From positions 207 through 64,206 of IMG/VR virus record IMGVR_UViG_3300044703_000023: DNA of 64,000 nt. The stretch is one strand, 5' to 3'. Each line of letters starts with the position of its first letter. The stretch's first letter is position 1. A program made the position numbers and the translations under genes. The notes under the pieces were generated by a model. It searched no databases. It was not told the origin of the DNA and saw nothing but the letters and a program-made list of their open reading frames with translations. This document shows positions 20,536-30,654 of the stretch, piece after piece. The DNA is from a virus. Lineage: Duplodnaviria; Caudoviricetes.

Positions 20536-20940
20536 TCAGTCTCCGAGAAATTCCGGCCATTCGTCTGCTCCCATTGATTGCTCAATATCGTAGATTGCCT
20601 TTTCCACCTTGAAACGGGCGGAGCAATCGGAAATCTCGTCGGACAGGTCAAGCCGTTTGAGGCGGGCGCGTAGCGACTCCAGTTTGCCCTGTCTATCGTC
20701 TATCTCAGGTGCTGTCTCTACTTCGGGCTGCTCATCGCTATTGGACTCCCAAGACGAATGTTGCAGCTCTTCCAGCGGAATCGGATTGTCTGGGATGATG
20801 CTGGCGCACCCGTCGTCAATTCCGTACACCATAAACGCGCCCAAATGCGGCATCTCCTTGAGAATCACGCGATCATCTACTTTGATTGGCTTCGGCTTGC
20901 GAGGGGCGCTTTTCCGTGGCATCACAGCACCTCCTGACAC
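20536..20940 (-). CDS. Hypothetical protein
   Basis: GGAGG RBS before MPRKSA. Confidence 0.55.
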   Translation of the reverse strand: MSGGAVMPRKSAPRKPKPIKVDDRVILKEMPHLGAFMVYGIDDGCASIIPDNPIPLEELQHSSWESNSDEQPEVETAPEIDDRQGKLESLRARLKRLDLSDEISDCSARFKVEKAIYDIEQSMGADEWPEFLGD

Positions 20941-21236
20941 TCAGCACAGTTCAACCGATGACCGCGAAGGTTCTCTACGATCCAGCCCGCATCAAAGCAC
21001 TGAATCGCCAACTGACGAGCAGTGCTTAACGCGGTCTGTTGCGCTTCACACTCGTAGCACCAACAGTCTCGCCAGATGATCGAGTTGGGCAGGTGCTCGC
21101 TTTCGGCAGCGATTACGGTTGTTAGTTCAGTGATTTGCTCTTCGCGGTATGCGATGAATTGCGCGGGCGTGAATTTATTGAGGTAGTCGAGGCTTGCTGT
21201 AAGTTGGCGAGTGGTTGTAGATTGAGCCTGTGGCAT
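20922..21236 (-). CDS. Hypothetical protein with CxCxxC...CxxC
   Basis: AAGGAG RBS; divergent from the XRE gene. Confidence 0.6.
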   Translation of the reverse strand: MPQAQSTTTRQLTASLDYLNKFTPAQFIAYREEQITELTTVIAAESEHLPNSIIWRDCWCYECEAQQTALSTARQLAIQCFDAGWIVENLRGHRLNCAECQEVL

Positions 21237-21322
21237 TGGTTACTCCTTAGACGGACGATTGATGTCGCTGGGCTCGGCAGTGTTGATAGCACTGACCGGG
21301 CCGTTATTCTGTCAACGCGGAG

Positions 21323-21382
21323 ATATTAACCGAATCGGTGAGTGAAAGTCAAGCTTGAAATTCACCCAATCGGTGATACAAT
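21323..21382. promoter_or_regulatory. Back-to-back sigma70 promoters with palindromic operators in the spacers
   Basis: Rightward TTGAAA-16-TACAAT; leftward TTGACT-18-TAATAT; operators ACCGAATCGGT and TCACCCAATCGGTGA. Confidence 0.7.
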
Positions 21383-21389
21383 GTGGCAC

Positions 21390-21626
21390 GTGACTCCAGA
21401 AGAATTAAAGCAGTGGCGAGATAAGCACGGGTGGGGGCAGCAGGAACTTGCCGAACGACTGGGCGTTCACCTTCAAACTGTTTCCAAGTGGGAACGTGAT
21501 GTCCAGGCGATTCCCCCTTACTTGGAACTAGCCCTCAAGACAGTCGAGCGTGAGAGCGGTACAGCGAAGTACACGCCTGAAATTGAACAGAAGATTAAGG
21601 CGAACCTCAAGCCTCGTAACCCCTAA
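21390..21626 (+). CDS. XRE-family HTH regulator
   Basis: MTPEELKQWR..HGWGQQELAERLGVHLQTVSKWER. Confidence 0.9.
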   Translation: MTPEELKQWRDKHGWGQQELAERLGVHLQTVSKWERDVQAIPPYLELALKTVERESGTAKYTPEIEQKIKANLKPRNP

Positions 21627-21703
21627 AACCTGAAGCGGCCCTTTACTTGGATTCACCTGGATTCCCTTGCAATCTCACTGTAAACGGGCGTAACCTACCA
21701 CCC

Positions 21704-22060
21704 ATGCGTCACCTCCGCCCTCTTGTTCTGCTTTTAGGTTGTATCGTCATAATGGGCATGGGTTTGTTCCCGCCATGGAAGTTTGTTTATGGCTTTAACC
21801 CACCTAGCTTCTATCGCGCGGCAATTCCTCTCAAGGCTGAACGCGCGGCTGGATACCACTACATTCTTTTTGACCACACTCCGACAGATCAGACTGAACT
21901 AGCAGCGCTGTTTGGACTTCCCAAAGACTGGACATCAGAGCCAAAGTATTTCGACATTCAAATAGATACCACCCGCCTCGGCACCCAGTTAATAGCCGTC
22001 GCGGTTTGCCTTGGATTGCTCTATGTCCTCATTGGAGAAATTTCCCATGAACGGCTTTGA
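21704..22060 (+). CDS. Two-TM membrane protein (moron)
   Basis: Two hydrophobic segments, LFPPW motif; own promoter TTGCAA-18-TAACCT. Confidence 0.65.
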   Translation: MRHLRPLVLLLGCIVIMGMGLFPPWKFVYGFNPPSFYRAAIPLKAERAAGYHYILFDHTPTDQTELAALFGLPKDWTSEPKYFDIQIDTTRLGTQLIAVAVCLGLLYVLIGEISHERL

Positions 22061-22340
22061 GTCTAATAAAGTCAATTGGTTCAAGTTTTGTTTTTGGTTC
22101 GTTGTGTGGGCAGCGGTTTTCGTGCTCATAGGAACGGCAGCGTCCTTTGTGATCGGCGTACTGCTCATCGGCTCTGAGAGAACAGTCTCAACATTCTTTG
22201 GCCTATTAGGTAATACGGGAACAGTGATCCTCTTTTTATGTATTGCGGCGGCGAGTCCTCTATTTGTCAAATGGTGGGACAGGGTTAGCGCCAAGCTATA
22301 TGATCACCCATCCAATCCTGATGACTACTTTTATAACTAG
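22047..22340 (+). CDS. Two-TM membrane protein (moron)
   Basis: GGAG RBS; two TM helices. Confidence 0.6.
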   Translation: MNGFESNKVNWFKFCFWFVVWAAVFVLIGTAASFVIGVLLIGSERTVSTFFGLLGNTGTVILFLCIAAASPLFVKWWDRVSAKLYDHPSNPDDYFYN

Positions 22341-25300
22341 CGCGCAGCTTGTCGGCTAATACTTCGTCGTAGCCCGCTCGTGGCGTCCCTTGGCTTGCGT
22401 GGTTCTCTTCGTCCGCCGGTAGCTATATCGTGTCGTACTTCTTGAATCAGCTCCCGTAACTCTTGCTGTTTCTTCTTAATGTCATCAGCCGTGGCTTCGG
22501 GCAGCGCTTTATACTGTGGCGTCTGGACGTATTGATCTAAAGCCTTTTTGATTGCTATGCCGCTGGCCTTTTGGCGAATCGCAAAGTCTCCCCTTGATTC
22601 GCCGTCCTTTGGCTTCATCACGCCAATGTCCATCTTTAACCGCATAACCTCATCCGCTCCTGGCGACGGTATTGAAGTTGCACTCCGAAACGGATCAACG
22701 ACAGAACCGCGAGGAATGGAAACGTCTTGACCGAACACGTTCTGCATTGCCGGTAGCGTTTGCCTCAACCCCGGAATCCGATATTCAAATTGTTGTCGCC
22801 CTGTTTTCTTCTCTCGCTCCTTTGTGTCTATCGCTTCTGCCGCCATCGCTACCGGAGACGGAATCAGGCGAGAGACTAACTGCCCTCCCGCGCTAGATGC
22901 TATCTGTTGAGCCTTGTCTCCGCTCTGGGCTGCTTGAATACTACTCTTAGCCATATCGGCCGCTTCCTTAATTCCTCTCAACAACGGATGCTCGCTGATC
23001 ATCTTTGCCAGTGCACCAGGGATAGCTGCTGGCCCTTCCTCGCTCATCGTTGCGCCTATGCCTAATAGCCACCCAACAATCGGGACGTTCGTAACCTGAT
23101 AGTACCGACCTTGAATGTAGAGTGAGCCATCCTGATAGCCCCGCGCTCGTTTGGCATTCTTGCTCTTATCGCTAACACCTGTCATCAGTCCCGCTTTATT
23201 CAATGCGGCACCTAACCCGATCAACGCATAAGCCGTCATGCCCCGACCAACGGCGCGGTTGAACGCTTCTCGCTGTGGAGCAGAGAACTTGCTGTCGATC
23301 ATTCGATAACCTTCAATCGGAATCTTTAACCCCGTATAGGTCAAAAGCGTGTCTGCAATGCTGTTTGACGGCCGCTTGGCGAAGGGCATGATCGCCGTTC
23401 GGCCTACCTCAAACGCCGGTCCCGCTCCGGGGATAGCCTTCAACGACGATCCCACGCGCGCCAACGCTTCACTAGTCGCACTTGGTGTCGCATACACCTG
23501 TCGCGCCGTATCCTGCAACGCCAACCCATGAATCAACTCACTCGGATTATTGACCAACTCTTTTATCCGAGCGTCGCGCATGGACTTGATGATCTGCTTA
23601 TCTCTGATTTCGTAGTCTGCTTGCTGTTCAGCGAACTGTTGCGCGATCTCTTTTGTCCTTCCGGTAAATTCCTCGCGCCCTGAAATATAATCCTGCGCTC
23701 GTTGGCCTATCTGATTTCTTGGCAATGAATCACTCTGCGCAAACACTCTTGCTCTGGCCTCTTGTCTCGCTGGATAGACCACTGAACGGATCAACGCTTC
23801 TTTCGCGCCGTACAGCCTTTGCATGATCGATACGCTCGCATCAATGTACGGATTCCCGGTTGGGCCTTCGTGGAAAGGAGCTAATCCTGTCGGGCTTGGT
23901 CTACCTCTAAGAACCGCGCCCATTTCTCGCGGCGCATTTCTAAGTCCGCCAATCGCCTTGATCACTTCCATTCCACTCGGCCCAGCAGACACGCGAGGCT
24001 TGCCAGCGAGTCTCGATACAGCAATGTCGGTGGCAGTTTCAGGGATTCGGGCAACGGCATCCATCGCCTGCTTGCCGCTCATGCCTGAAAAGATTCTTAG
24101 CCAACCCTTTGCCGTAAGTAGCGAATCACGGGCTAATGACATCGTGGCCTTGAACGCCTTATTCCGCTCCGCACTCTCAAGCATTCGGAAGTGGCGATCC
24201 AAGTCAACTCTTGCTTGTCTCTTTTGTGCGGTAGCGTCGGCTTTTTGTTGCAGGAGATCCGCGACGGCTTGCCGCGAGGGCTGCGCTCCCTGTCTCTCGA
24301 TTTGCGCAGCAGCACGTTTTTCAGAAAGTTCAGTTCTCAACCCAAGCCGTTCGTCTCTCGCTTGTTTATAAGCGTCTCGATAAATCCCGTTTAGATAAGG
24401 TTTGATTTCCTCTCCCAAATCCCTAACCATCTGACTAGACCACTCACCGAATCTGATTCCACCCTTAACGATCTTCTCAGCGCCGATCGTCACATAGTCG
24501 GCGTAGTGCGCAGTGATGTGTCCTGGAACTGGCCCGGTATTCTTAAACTCTAGCTCTCCCGCTGCCATCCTTGCCTTCGTCTCAGCAATGCGCTTTCTTG
24601 CTAGCTCCGCCTTGGATTCGAGGCGAGTAACAATCGTCTCAGTTTTAACGCGGGTAGAGCCGCGAGGCAGTGTTTTACCCTGCCTCAACTCTGCGATTTG
24701 AGTTTCGAGTGCGGCTATCCTTTGTTCCGCTTCCTGATGTTTGTTCGCCAACTCAGTGAGTATCTTCGCGTGCTCAACTGGTAGCTTCGCGTCTTCACCC
24801 GTGGTCTTTTTGACGATGCGCGTCCCTTCAAGTAATGCACCTGATGGCGAATACTTTTGCGCGAGGGATGCGGCCTGAACAGTTTGGCCGGCAGTCGTCA
24901 AATCACTGGCCAGCTTGGAATAGAGATCAAGAGCCTTAGCGTGTTTCTCACTTGACGTTACCGGATCAGAATCCCTCTGAGCGTCAGCAACAAGAGAGTC
25001 GGCAAGTTTCAACCCGGTAGCGACTTTTTCTTTGCTCGCGCCTTCATCCTTCATCACCCAGTCGTGAGCAGCTTGCGGATCGGCGGCAATACGAGCATCG
25101 GCCTTTTCAACGGCAGCCTTGTCCGTTAGTTCTTCGTAGTGGCGATCGTTACCAGCTTCGCGGCCTGACGCTTCGAGCGTTTTAGGGAATGAACGCTCAC
25201 GAATGACAGGCTCTCTTGTCAGCAGTGGCGGGGGTTCTTCTACCTTTGCCCCTCGAGGCTGAAGTTTAACGACCGGAGGAACTTCAGGCGCGGGAGCAAT

Positions 25301-28300
25301 CACCTTTTCAGGCGGCCCCACTCCCGCACCCGATTGTGCTCTCTCCGCTACAGAGGGAGTCACAATTTCAGAAGGTTTAGACACGGCTTCATTCCGCGTC
25401 TCTTGGGTTTTTGAAGAACGAAGCGACTCAAGGGTTTCGGGCCTCCAAACTACGACTACCTTTCCCATTGGACGATCTGAACCTGCCGTGGTGGGGAGAT
25501 CGCCAAAGTCTACAACCAATCCATCGTTCCCAGATTTCCGCGCCTCGGCGGTGAGGTCATGCAAGAGCGAATCGAAGTTGTAAGTTTGGTCATTGAGGAC
25601 TTCATAAGCACCGCCCCGTTCGTTCACAAACTCCCTAAAGCGAGCATCGGCTTCTTTGTCCGTGCCTTCAAAGTCGGGTTCTTCCTCTAGCCAATACTCC
25701 CACGCCTTGGCCTCTGCATCGTAAACCAGCGGGTTCTTCAGTTTGGCATGGAACTTTTCAGTCTTAGCGGTCGGCAGCGCGTCTGGACGATCTTCCCCAA
25801 ACAGACGGGCATGGGATTCAGACGAGGTTAGGTAAATTCCGGTTCTCGGATCTTCCAGTTTGGATTGGTCATGAACCCGATCCTCCTGAATACCTCGATA
25901 GAGAGTAATCGGCTTCCCTTGTTCGTCACTCAGCACGCTACCGGGTTGCGGGGCTTGAGCGTTTTCGGCAAGCGGCGTAGGTTGCCCCGCACGCTTATCT
26001 TCTGCCATTGCTTGAGATTCTGCTTCACGCGAAAGTGGACGGTCAAGCTTTCGGTTCCCCGACCGTGAATCAGAAGGGTTGACTACTTCTTGAGGGGAAG
26101 GCTCAGTACGACCTAAATATTGATTTACGAATTCCAAAAACTTCTTTGGAGTCGGGTTAGCCGCATTGTACGCTTTGGCATAATCCTTAAACTGTGAATC
26201 ATTAAGCGTATCAAGATACGCACTTGCCTCGTCCCGTGTTGTGAATGGTTTCTCTCCTTCTCTTACAGGAAGAGTGTCTACTTTCGGAGCGTTAGATTTC
26301 TGAAGAGACTGCCGGAACGCAGCACCTTGCTCATTGGTACTGCCAGGCTGAAGTGGTTGACCGAGACGCTTTTCAGCCTCCGCGTATAGCTTAGTGGCTA
26401 TACCTTGTCGGCGGTATTTGGGCTCAACAAAGACCTCAAGCGGGTAGCCGGCCTTGGTGTAGATAAGCCTTCCGACTTCTTGGTCGCCTTCAAAGGCTCG
26501 AACCGACTGCGCGACTTTGTTGTTGTAGAGATCGCCCATCTGTTCCAACGGGGTATGTTGGAAACTGACTTTTGCCGGCTTTCCTTCTGGAGGAGTTACT
26601 TCTTGAGGGGAAGGCGAAACACCTGTCTCGCCTCCTACGGGCAGAGTATCGGCAGGCTCTACGGAAGACTTAACTGGTATTGCAATGTTATTTCCTTTTC
26701 CGGTTAGCGCGGCACGTTTGATGACATGCTCTGATCCCGATTCGTCCACCACACGCACTCTGCCTTGACCGACGCCCTGTTGAGGCGCCTCGACTACTTT
26801 GCCGAAGTCTCTGTGCTGCCAGGCTTTTGGCTCAACATTGTTCGCCACCACGTCGGGCGCTGGGGGTCTTGATACTCCCTCAGCTGTTCGCGGGATCTCA
26901 TTTCTAATTCGCTCGGGTCGTTGGCTTGCTGTGCCAGTCTCCACGCTCTGCGCTGCTTCACCAGCAATCGGAGTCTCGGCCATCTGACGAATGTTATTTG
27001 CATTTCTTCTCCCTCCTAATATTTCAGGAACGCCAACCATTGTGGCATTTGTCAATCCAGTTACCGCCGCCTCTCGCGGAGATGCTCCTGACGCTAACTC
27101 AATCCCTGTAGATGCAGCACCAACTCCACCCGCACGAGTCAACGCCTTCGTTACGCCTTGACCAACACCAGGGACTTCAAACGCCGCTCCGGTCAACGCT
27201 CCATGTACTACGGCTTCAGGAACGTCTCTACCGCTTCCCCTAGCCCTTACGCCACTACCAGCACCGAAGGCCAGCGGAGCGGGGACACCAACGCTCATAG
27301 CAGCCAACTCAGGGACAGACGAGATGAACCCCGCGCCGACATCTTGTATAAACTTTGATACCGCGCCACGATTTGCGCCTTCTTCTTGTGCGGCCCGCTG
27401 TGCAGCCTCGGCTTTGATTCGTAGCGTGTCTGAACCTGTGACACCTGCACCAAACTCTGTTAATCCCGCTCCAGCTTTTGAGCCAAACTCCGCAAGCCAT
27501 TTATTAGCGTCTGCACCCTTCTGTCTCGCCCGCTGAATGTCTTGCTTGAACAGCTGTGTTTGGCGATCTATTTCTGGCTGATTCTTTGTGCGCCAGTCAG
27601 TCTCAACTTGCTCTCGTGCTACCCGATTGCGATACGGCTCTGAAGGTGCTCGATTCTGCAAATCACCTTCACGCTGATATGCAACACGATCTAACGGTTG
27701 CTCACCTTTCAAAACTCTTAGATCAATGTTGGTCGGGTTCTGTGTTGGCTGGCCTCGTTGACTTTCGTAAACAGGTCTCTCTAAATCAGCACGACTAATA
27801 GGCTGTCTGACTACCGGGCCTGCTCCGCTCTTAATCCCTGCAAACGCTCCACGAGGCTTCTGTACTCTTGGTTGTCTGGTAATTAGTGGGGGAGGATCAG
27901 TAAGGGCGGGGTTTGCTTGCGCGCCAACTTGGGCCAACTCGCTAACATTGGGATCAAGTGATGCTTGGGGGTCTGGTGACAAATCAATCGCGCCGATACT
28001 GAAATCCTCTTGTGCGGGGATCTGTCCTAAATGTTTTTTGTATGCCCCGTTGGTATAGGTGCTCCACGCTCTTAATCCCTGACGGTTGAACACGTCTAGC
28101 GCGGCCTTCGCGTTGCCTACCGGATCGCGTAACTGTTCGGGTGAGAATTGCGGGTGGGCCAAACGGTTAACCTGCAACAGACCATAACTGTCATCGGGAT
28201 ACTTTGCGTTGTGGGATAAAGGATTACCGGATGACTCAGCTTGAGCTATCGCCGTCATCGTGGGGATGTGTCGCTCAGCCCAACCTGCGGTACGCAGGGT

Positions 28301-28393
28301 GTCTGCTATCTGTGACACTGATAGCGAGCCGCGAGCAGTGGGCTTAGGCTTACTCTCAACTGCCCCGATAGAAAAATCTTCAGCATCAGGCAT
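22337..28393 (-). CDS. Large DNA-ejection / polyvalent protein (lytic transglycosylase + GNAT + ART-like + helical C-terminus)
   Basis: AIAQAESSGNP...DDSYGLLQVN; VEPKYRRQGIATKLY; DEQGKPITLYRG...GIYLTSS...LKNPL...GNDGLVV. Start reassigned to MPDAED. Confidence 0.85.
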   Translation of the reverse strand: MPDAEDFSIGAVESKPKPTARGSLSVSQIADTLRTAGWAERHIPTMTAIAQAESSGNPLSHNAKYPDDSYGLLQVNRLAHPQFSPEQLRDPVGNAKAALDVFNRQGLRAWSTYTNGAYKKHLGQIPAQEDFSIGAIDLSPDPQASLDPNVSELAQVGAQANPALTDPPPLITRQPRVQKPRGAFAGIKSGAGPVVRQPISRADLERPVYESQRGQPTQNPTNIDLRVLKGEQPLDRVAYQREGDLQNRAPSEPYRNRVAREQVETDWRTKNQPEIDRQTQLFKQDIQRARQKGADANKWLAEFGSKAGAGLTEFGAGVTGSDTLRIKAEAAQRAAQEEGANRGAVSKFIQDVGAGFISSVPELAAMSVGVPAPLAFGAGSGVRARGSGRDVPEAVVHGALTGAAFEVPGVGQGVTKALTRAGGVGAASTGIELASGASPREAAVTGLTNATMVGVPEILGGRRNANNIRQMAETPIAGEAAQSVETGTASQRPERIRNEIPRTAEGVSRPPAPDVVANNVEPKAWQHRDFGKVVEAPQQGVGQGRVRVVDESGSEHVIKRAALTGKGNNIAIPVKSSVEPADTLPVGGETGVSPSPQEVTPPEGKPAKVSFQHTPLEQMGDLYNNKVAQSVRAFEGDQEVGRLIYTKAGYPLEVFVEPKYRRQGIATKLYAEAEKRLGQPLQPGSTNEQGAAFRQSLQKSNAPKVDTLPVREGEKPFTTRDEASAYLDTLNDSQFKDYAKAYNAANPTPKKFLEFVNQYLGRTEPSPQEVVNPSDSRSGNRKLDRPLSREAESQAMAEDKRAGQPTPLAENAQAPQPGSVLSDEQGKPITLYRGIQEDRVHDQSKLEDPRTGIYLTSSESHARLFGEDRPDALPTAKTEKFHAKLKNPLVYDAEAKAWEYWLEEEPDFEGTDKEADARFREFVNERGGAYEVLNDQTYNFDSLLHDLTAEARKSGNDGLVVDFGDLPTTAGSDRPMGKVVVVWRPETLESLRSSKTQETRNEAVSKPSEIVTPSVAERAQSGAGVGPPEKVIAPAPEVPPVVKLQPRGAKVEEPPPLLTREPVIRERSFPKTLEASGREAGNDRHYEELTDKAAVEKADARIAADPQAAHDWVMKDEGASKEKVATGLKLADSLVADAQRDSDPVTSSEKHAKALDLYSKLASDLTTAGQTVQAASLAQKYSPSGALLEGTRIVKKTTGEDAKLPVEHAKILTELANKHQEAEQRIAALETQIAELRQGKTLPRGSTRVKTETIVTRLESKAELARKRIAETKARMAAGELEFKNTGPVPGHITAHYADYVTIGAEKIVKGGIRFGEWSSQMVRDLGEEIKPYLNGIYRDAYKQARDERLGLRTELSEKRAAAQIERQGAQPSRQAVADLLQQKADATAQKRQARVDLDRHFRMLESAERNKAFKATMSLARDSLLTAKGWLRIFSGMSGKQAMDAVARIPETATDIAVSRLAGKPRVSAGPSGMEVIKAIGGLRNAPREMGAVLRGRPSPTGLAPFHEGPTGNPYIDASVSIMQRLYGAKEALIRSVVYPARQEARARVFAQSDSLPRNQIGQRAQDYISGREEFTGRTKEIAQQFAEQQADYEIRDKQIIKSMRDARIKELVNNPSELIHGLALQDTARQVYATPSATSEALARVGSSLKAIPGAGPAFEVGRTAIMPFAKRPSNSIADTLLTYTGLKIPIEGYRMIDSKFSAPQREAFNRAVGRGMTAYALIGLGAALNKAGLMTGVSDKSKNAKRARGYQDGSLYIQGRYYQVTNVPIVGWLLGIGATMSEEGPAAIPGALAKMISEHPLLRGIKEAADMAKSSIQAAQSGDKAQQIASSAGGQLVSRLIPSPVAMAAEAIDTKEREKKTGRQQFEYRIPGLRQTLPAMQNVFGQDVSIPRGSVVDPFRSATSIPSPGADEVMRLKMDIGVMKPKDGESRGDFAIRQKASGIAIKKALDQYVQTPQYKALPEATADDIKKKQQELRELIQEVRHDIATGGRREPRKPRDATSGLRRSISRQAAR

Positions 28394-28394
28394 T

Positions 28395-29963
28395 TTAATC
28401 CACGATGGTCCAGCCCGCTTGTTTAGCTCTCGCCGCTTTTGCTTTCGCTTCCGTCTCCGACAACCCACCAGCGCGGGCCTTTGAGATCGAGAACGTGCCA
28501 GTCTCGCCACTGCTCGCTTCTGCCGGATACTTCAGCGCTTCGGCTTTTGCCGACGCCGATTTCTGCGACTCGCTAACCAGTGCCGCCTGTTCTGTCTCTA
28601 CCGTTTTCTGAACGCGATCCATTTCCTGCTTGAGAATAATTCGCCGCGGATCGTCCTCACTAACTGTTCCCATTTCAGTTAGCTGCTTTTGTAAGGCTGA
28701 CACCTGAGCGCTCGCCGTGTTCACTTTGCGCTGATGATCGGCGGCTGCAGCATCGGACGCGGCTGCTTGCGCTAGCGCTGCTGCGCGGCTTCCAGATTCC
28801 TTGCGATTCTCGCGGTTAATGCGCCCTTGTTCTCGTTGCGATGTTGCGTTGGCGTTCACTGCGGTGGTTGGGCTCACCTTATAGCCGTCATAATTAACGC
28901 GAGTATCAATCGCGGACTTTAATCCGTTGGGCGTTTTCTCATAAATAACGCCACCTTCGATCACGTATTCAGCGTCGTGCTTAGCACGGATCGGATTGCC
29001 CTGACGGTCTATTACCGGAGAAGCAGTACCGTTTTGAATGCTCTGGAGGTAACCGTTCTCGTCAGCCTGAATATGCGGAGCATAGGTCTGTGGTCGTAGT
29101 CGTTGAATGGTCTGCGCTTGCATATCGCCTATCTGCGCTCGTTCTTTTTGGATCGCAAACTCTCGGGCAAGTTCTTGATCTTGGTGGCTTAGTTCCTCTT
29201 GCCGTTGGTAGCGTGAAAGAGTGTTGGGACTAATCGCACCAATCGCCCCGCCCGTTACTGCCCCACCAACCGCCCCACCTAATCCTCCAGCAGCGAGCCC
29301 ACGCAACGCGCCCATACCTAATCCGCGTAAGAAAGACTTACCGCGAGAGGGCAGGTGCGGAGGTAAAACTTCCACGAAATTAGGATCGAGGGAGTTGATC
29401 TTACTGCTCGCTCCTGAATCGGCAGTCACGTTGCGACGGGTAATTAATCGATCAAGCGGACTCATCCCCTCAGTACTTTCGCCGACTCTCACTTGCATCG
29501 GCCTTGTTAGCATGGGCAAGTCGGGAGGCGGCGTAGCGGCGTCAGGAACCATGTTTACGTTTGGATTGGGTAAGGCAAGGCCCCGAGTGGGAAATGTTGG
29601 TGCGTTCATATCCGTCGAGTCCCCGTAATCCCAATTTGAGTACGAGGGCTTGAATTGATCGACCGCACGTCTCACTAATTCCATCTGCGGGATAGGATCG
29701 GCTGGGCCAACATTCGGAGAAGGCGAACGACTCAGCATCGGCGGAGGCTCACCAACATTCGGCGAAGGTGTACGATTCAGAACAGGCATTGGCTCATTCG
29801 CTACCGGCTGAACAGGAGGAGTCCTTGTGAGAATCGGCGGGGGAAGCTCGTTAACCATCGGCTGATCCACTGCGCTCTTCATCACCAGATTACGCAAGAG
29901 ACGCTTCTGCTCTTCCTCAGAAGGTGCAAGTGTTCTGGATAATGTTCTGAGTAAGTTGCTCAT
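28395..29963 (-). CDS. DNA ejection protein (P22 gp20-like)
   Basis: Pro-rich N-terminus, glycine zipper GLAAGGLGGAVGGAVTGG, coiled coils; ATG overlaps the upstream TGA. Confidence 0.6.
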   Translation of the reverse strand: MSNLLRTLSRTLAPSEEEQKRLLRNLVMKSAVDQPMVNELPPPILTRTPPVQPVANEPMPVLNRTPSPNVGEPPPMLSRSPSPNVGPADPIPQMELVRRAVDQFKPSYSNWDYGDSTDMNAPTFPTRGLALPNPNVNMVPDAATPPPDLPMLTRPMQVRVGESTEGMSPLDRLITRRNVTADSGASSKINSLDPNFVEVLPPHLPSRGKSFLRGLGMGALRGLAAGGLGGAVGGAVTGGAIGAISPNTLSRYQRQEELSHQDQELAREFAIQKERAQIGDMQAQTIQRLRPQTYAPHIQADENGYLQSIQNGTASPVIDRQGNPIRAKHDAEYVIEGGVIYEKTPNGLKSAIDTRVNYDGYKVSPTTAVNANATSQREQGRINRENRKESGSRAAALAQAAASDAAAADHQRKVNTASAQVSALQKQLTEMGTVSEDDPRRIILKQEMDRVQKTVETEQAALVSESQKSASAKAEALKYPAEASSGETGTFSISKARAGGLSETEAKAKAARAKQAGWTIVD

Positions 29964-30121
29964 CCTAGTGCTATCGCTAAGGTAAGAAAGAAGGCTCCAA
30001 GCCAACCTAAATTCACTCGGCTAGAGGGCACGTTCAGCGCAGCGAGGGCGAACAAAATCAACGCCGCAATCAGACAGATCAGCGATCCAGATGCAGAACT
30101 TAATGAAGCAGCTAAAATCAT
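29960..30121 (-). CDS. 53-aa two-TM protein (not in ORF track)
   Basis: AGGAGG RBS; MILAASL...LICLIAALILFALAALNVPSSRVNLGWLGAFFLTLAIALG. Confidence 0.65.
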   Translation of the reverse strand: MILAASLSSASGSLICLIAALILFALAALNVPSSRVNLGWLGAFFLTLAIALG

Positions 30122-30164
30122 TTCATCCTCCTGTGCTCACGTATCGCCTGTTCCGTCGCTCAAA

Positions 30165-30638
30165 TTATTCGTTCCACTCCGGCGGTGACGGGATTTCTTC
30201 TTGTCCGAATATCTCCGCATGCGTCTTTAGCTTGAAGGGTTGAAATTCTATCCTGCCTCTCAGTAGATCCTCGTCATCCCGAATACGGAATACGCACCGT
30301 TGAACTTCTGCCATTGCCGCATGCGCTCGGTTGCGAGCGATAACCTCCAACTCTTCCTTGTATCGCAACTGTTGACGTAGAAATTGGACCTCTTTCTCGT
30401 GCGCTACTCTACGTCTTTCGATGTACTGCTGATTGTCAATTAGCTGCTGCGATATTCCGGTAACCACCTTCCCTAAATTTACGCTTGCCTCTGTTCTGGT
30501 TCGCTCAATCTCACTGGGCGATTTCTTGGAATCAAGCCAAACCTTTATCCACCCTGAACTTCCAAATACGGCCGCAACAAGATAGAAGGGCCACACTTCG
30601 CGCCACGTACCGTGAGGGATTTCTGGAAAACCTTGCAT
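30165..30638 (-). CDS. Membrane-anchored coiled-coil protein (lysis-associated?)
   Basis: N-terminal TM then coiled coil. Confidence 0.5.
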   Translation of the reverse strand: MQGFPEIPHGTWREVWPFYLVAAVFGSSGWIKVWLDSKKSPSEIERTRTEASVNLGKVVTGISQQLIDNQQYIERRRVAHEKEVQFLRQQLRYKEELEVIARNRAHAAMAEVQRCVFRIRDDEDLLRGRIEFQPFKLKTHAEIFGQEEIPSPPEWNE

Positions 30639-30654
30639 CTCATTGCCGCGTTAC

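Noticed and set aside
28394-28510. ORF-track N-terminal extension of the 2057-aa protein (likewise int, primase, MTase, 55061)
   Set aside because: Extensions overlap upstream genes, promoters or repeats; downstream starts fit better.
29700-29830. Short repeats (CCAACATTCGG.GAAGG twice)
   Set aside because: They encode Pro-rich PSPNVG peptide repeats of the ejection protein.
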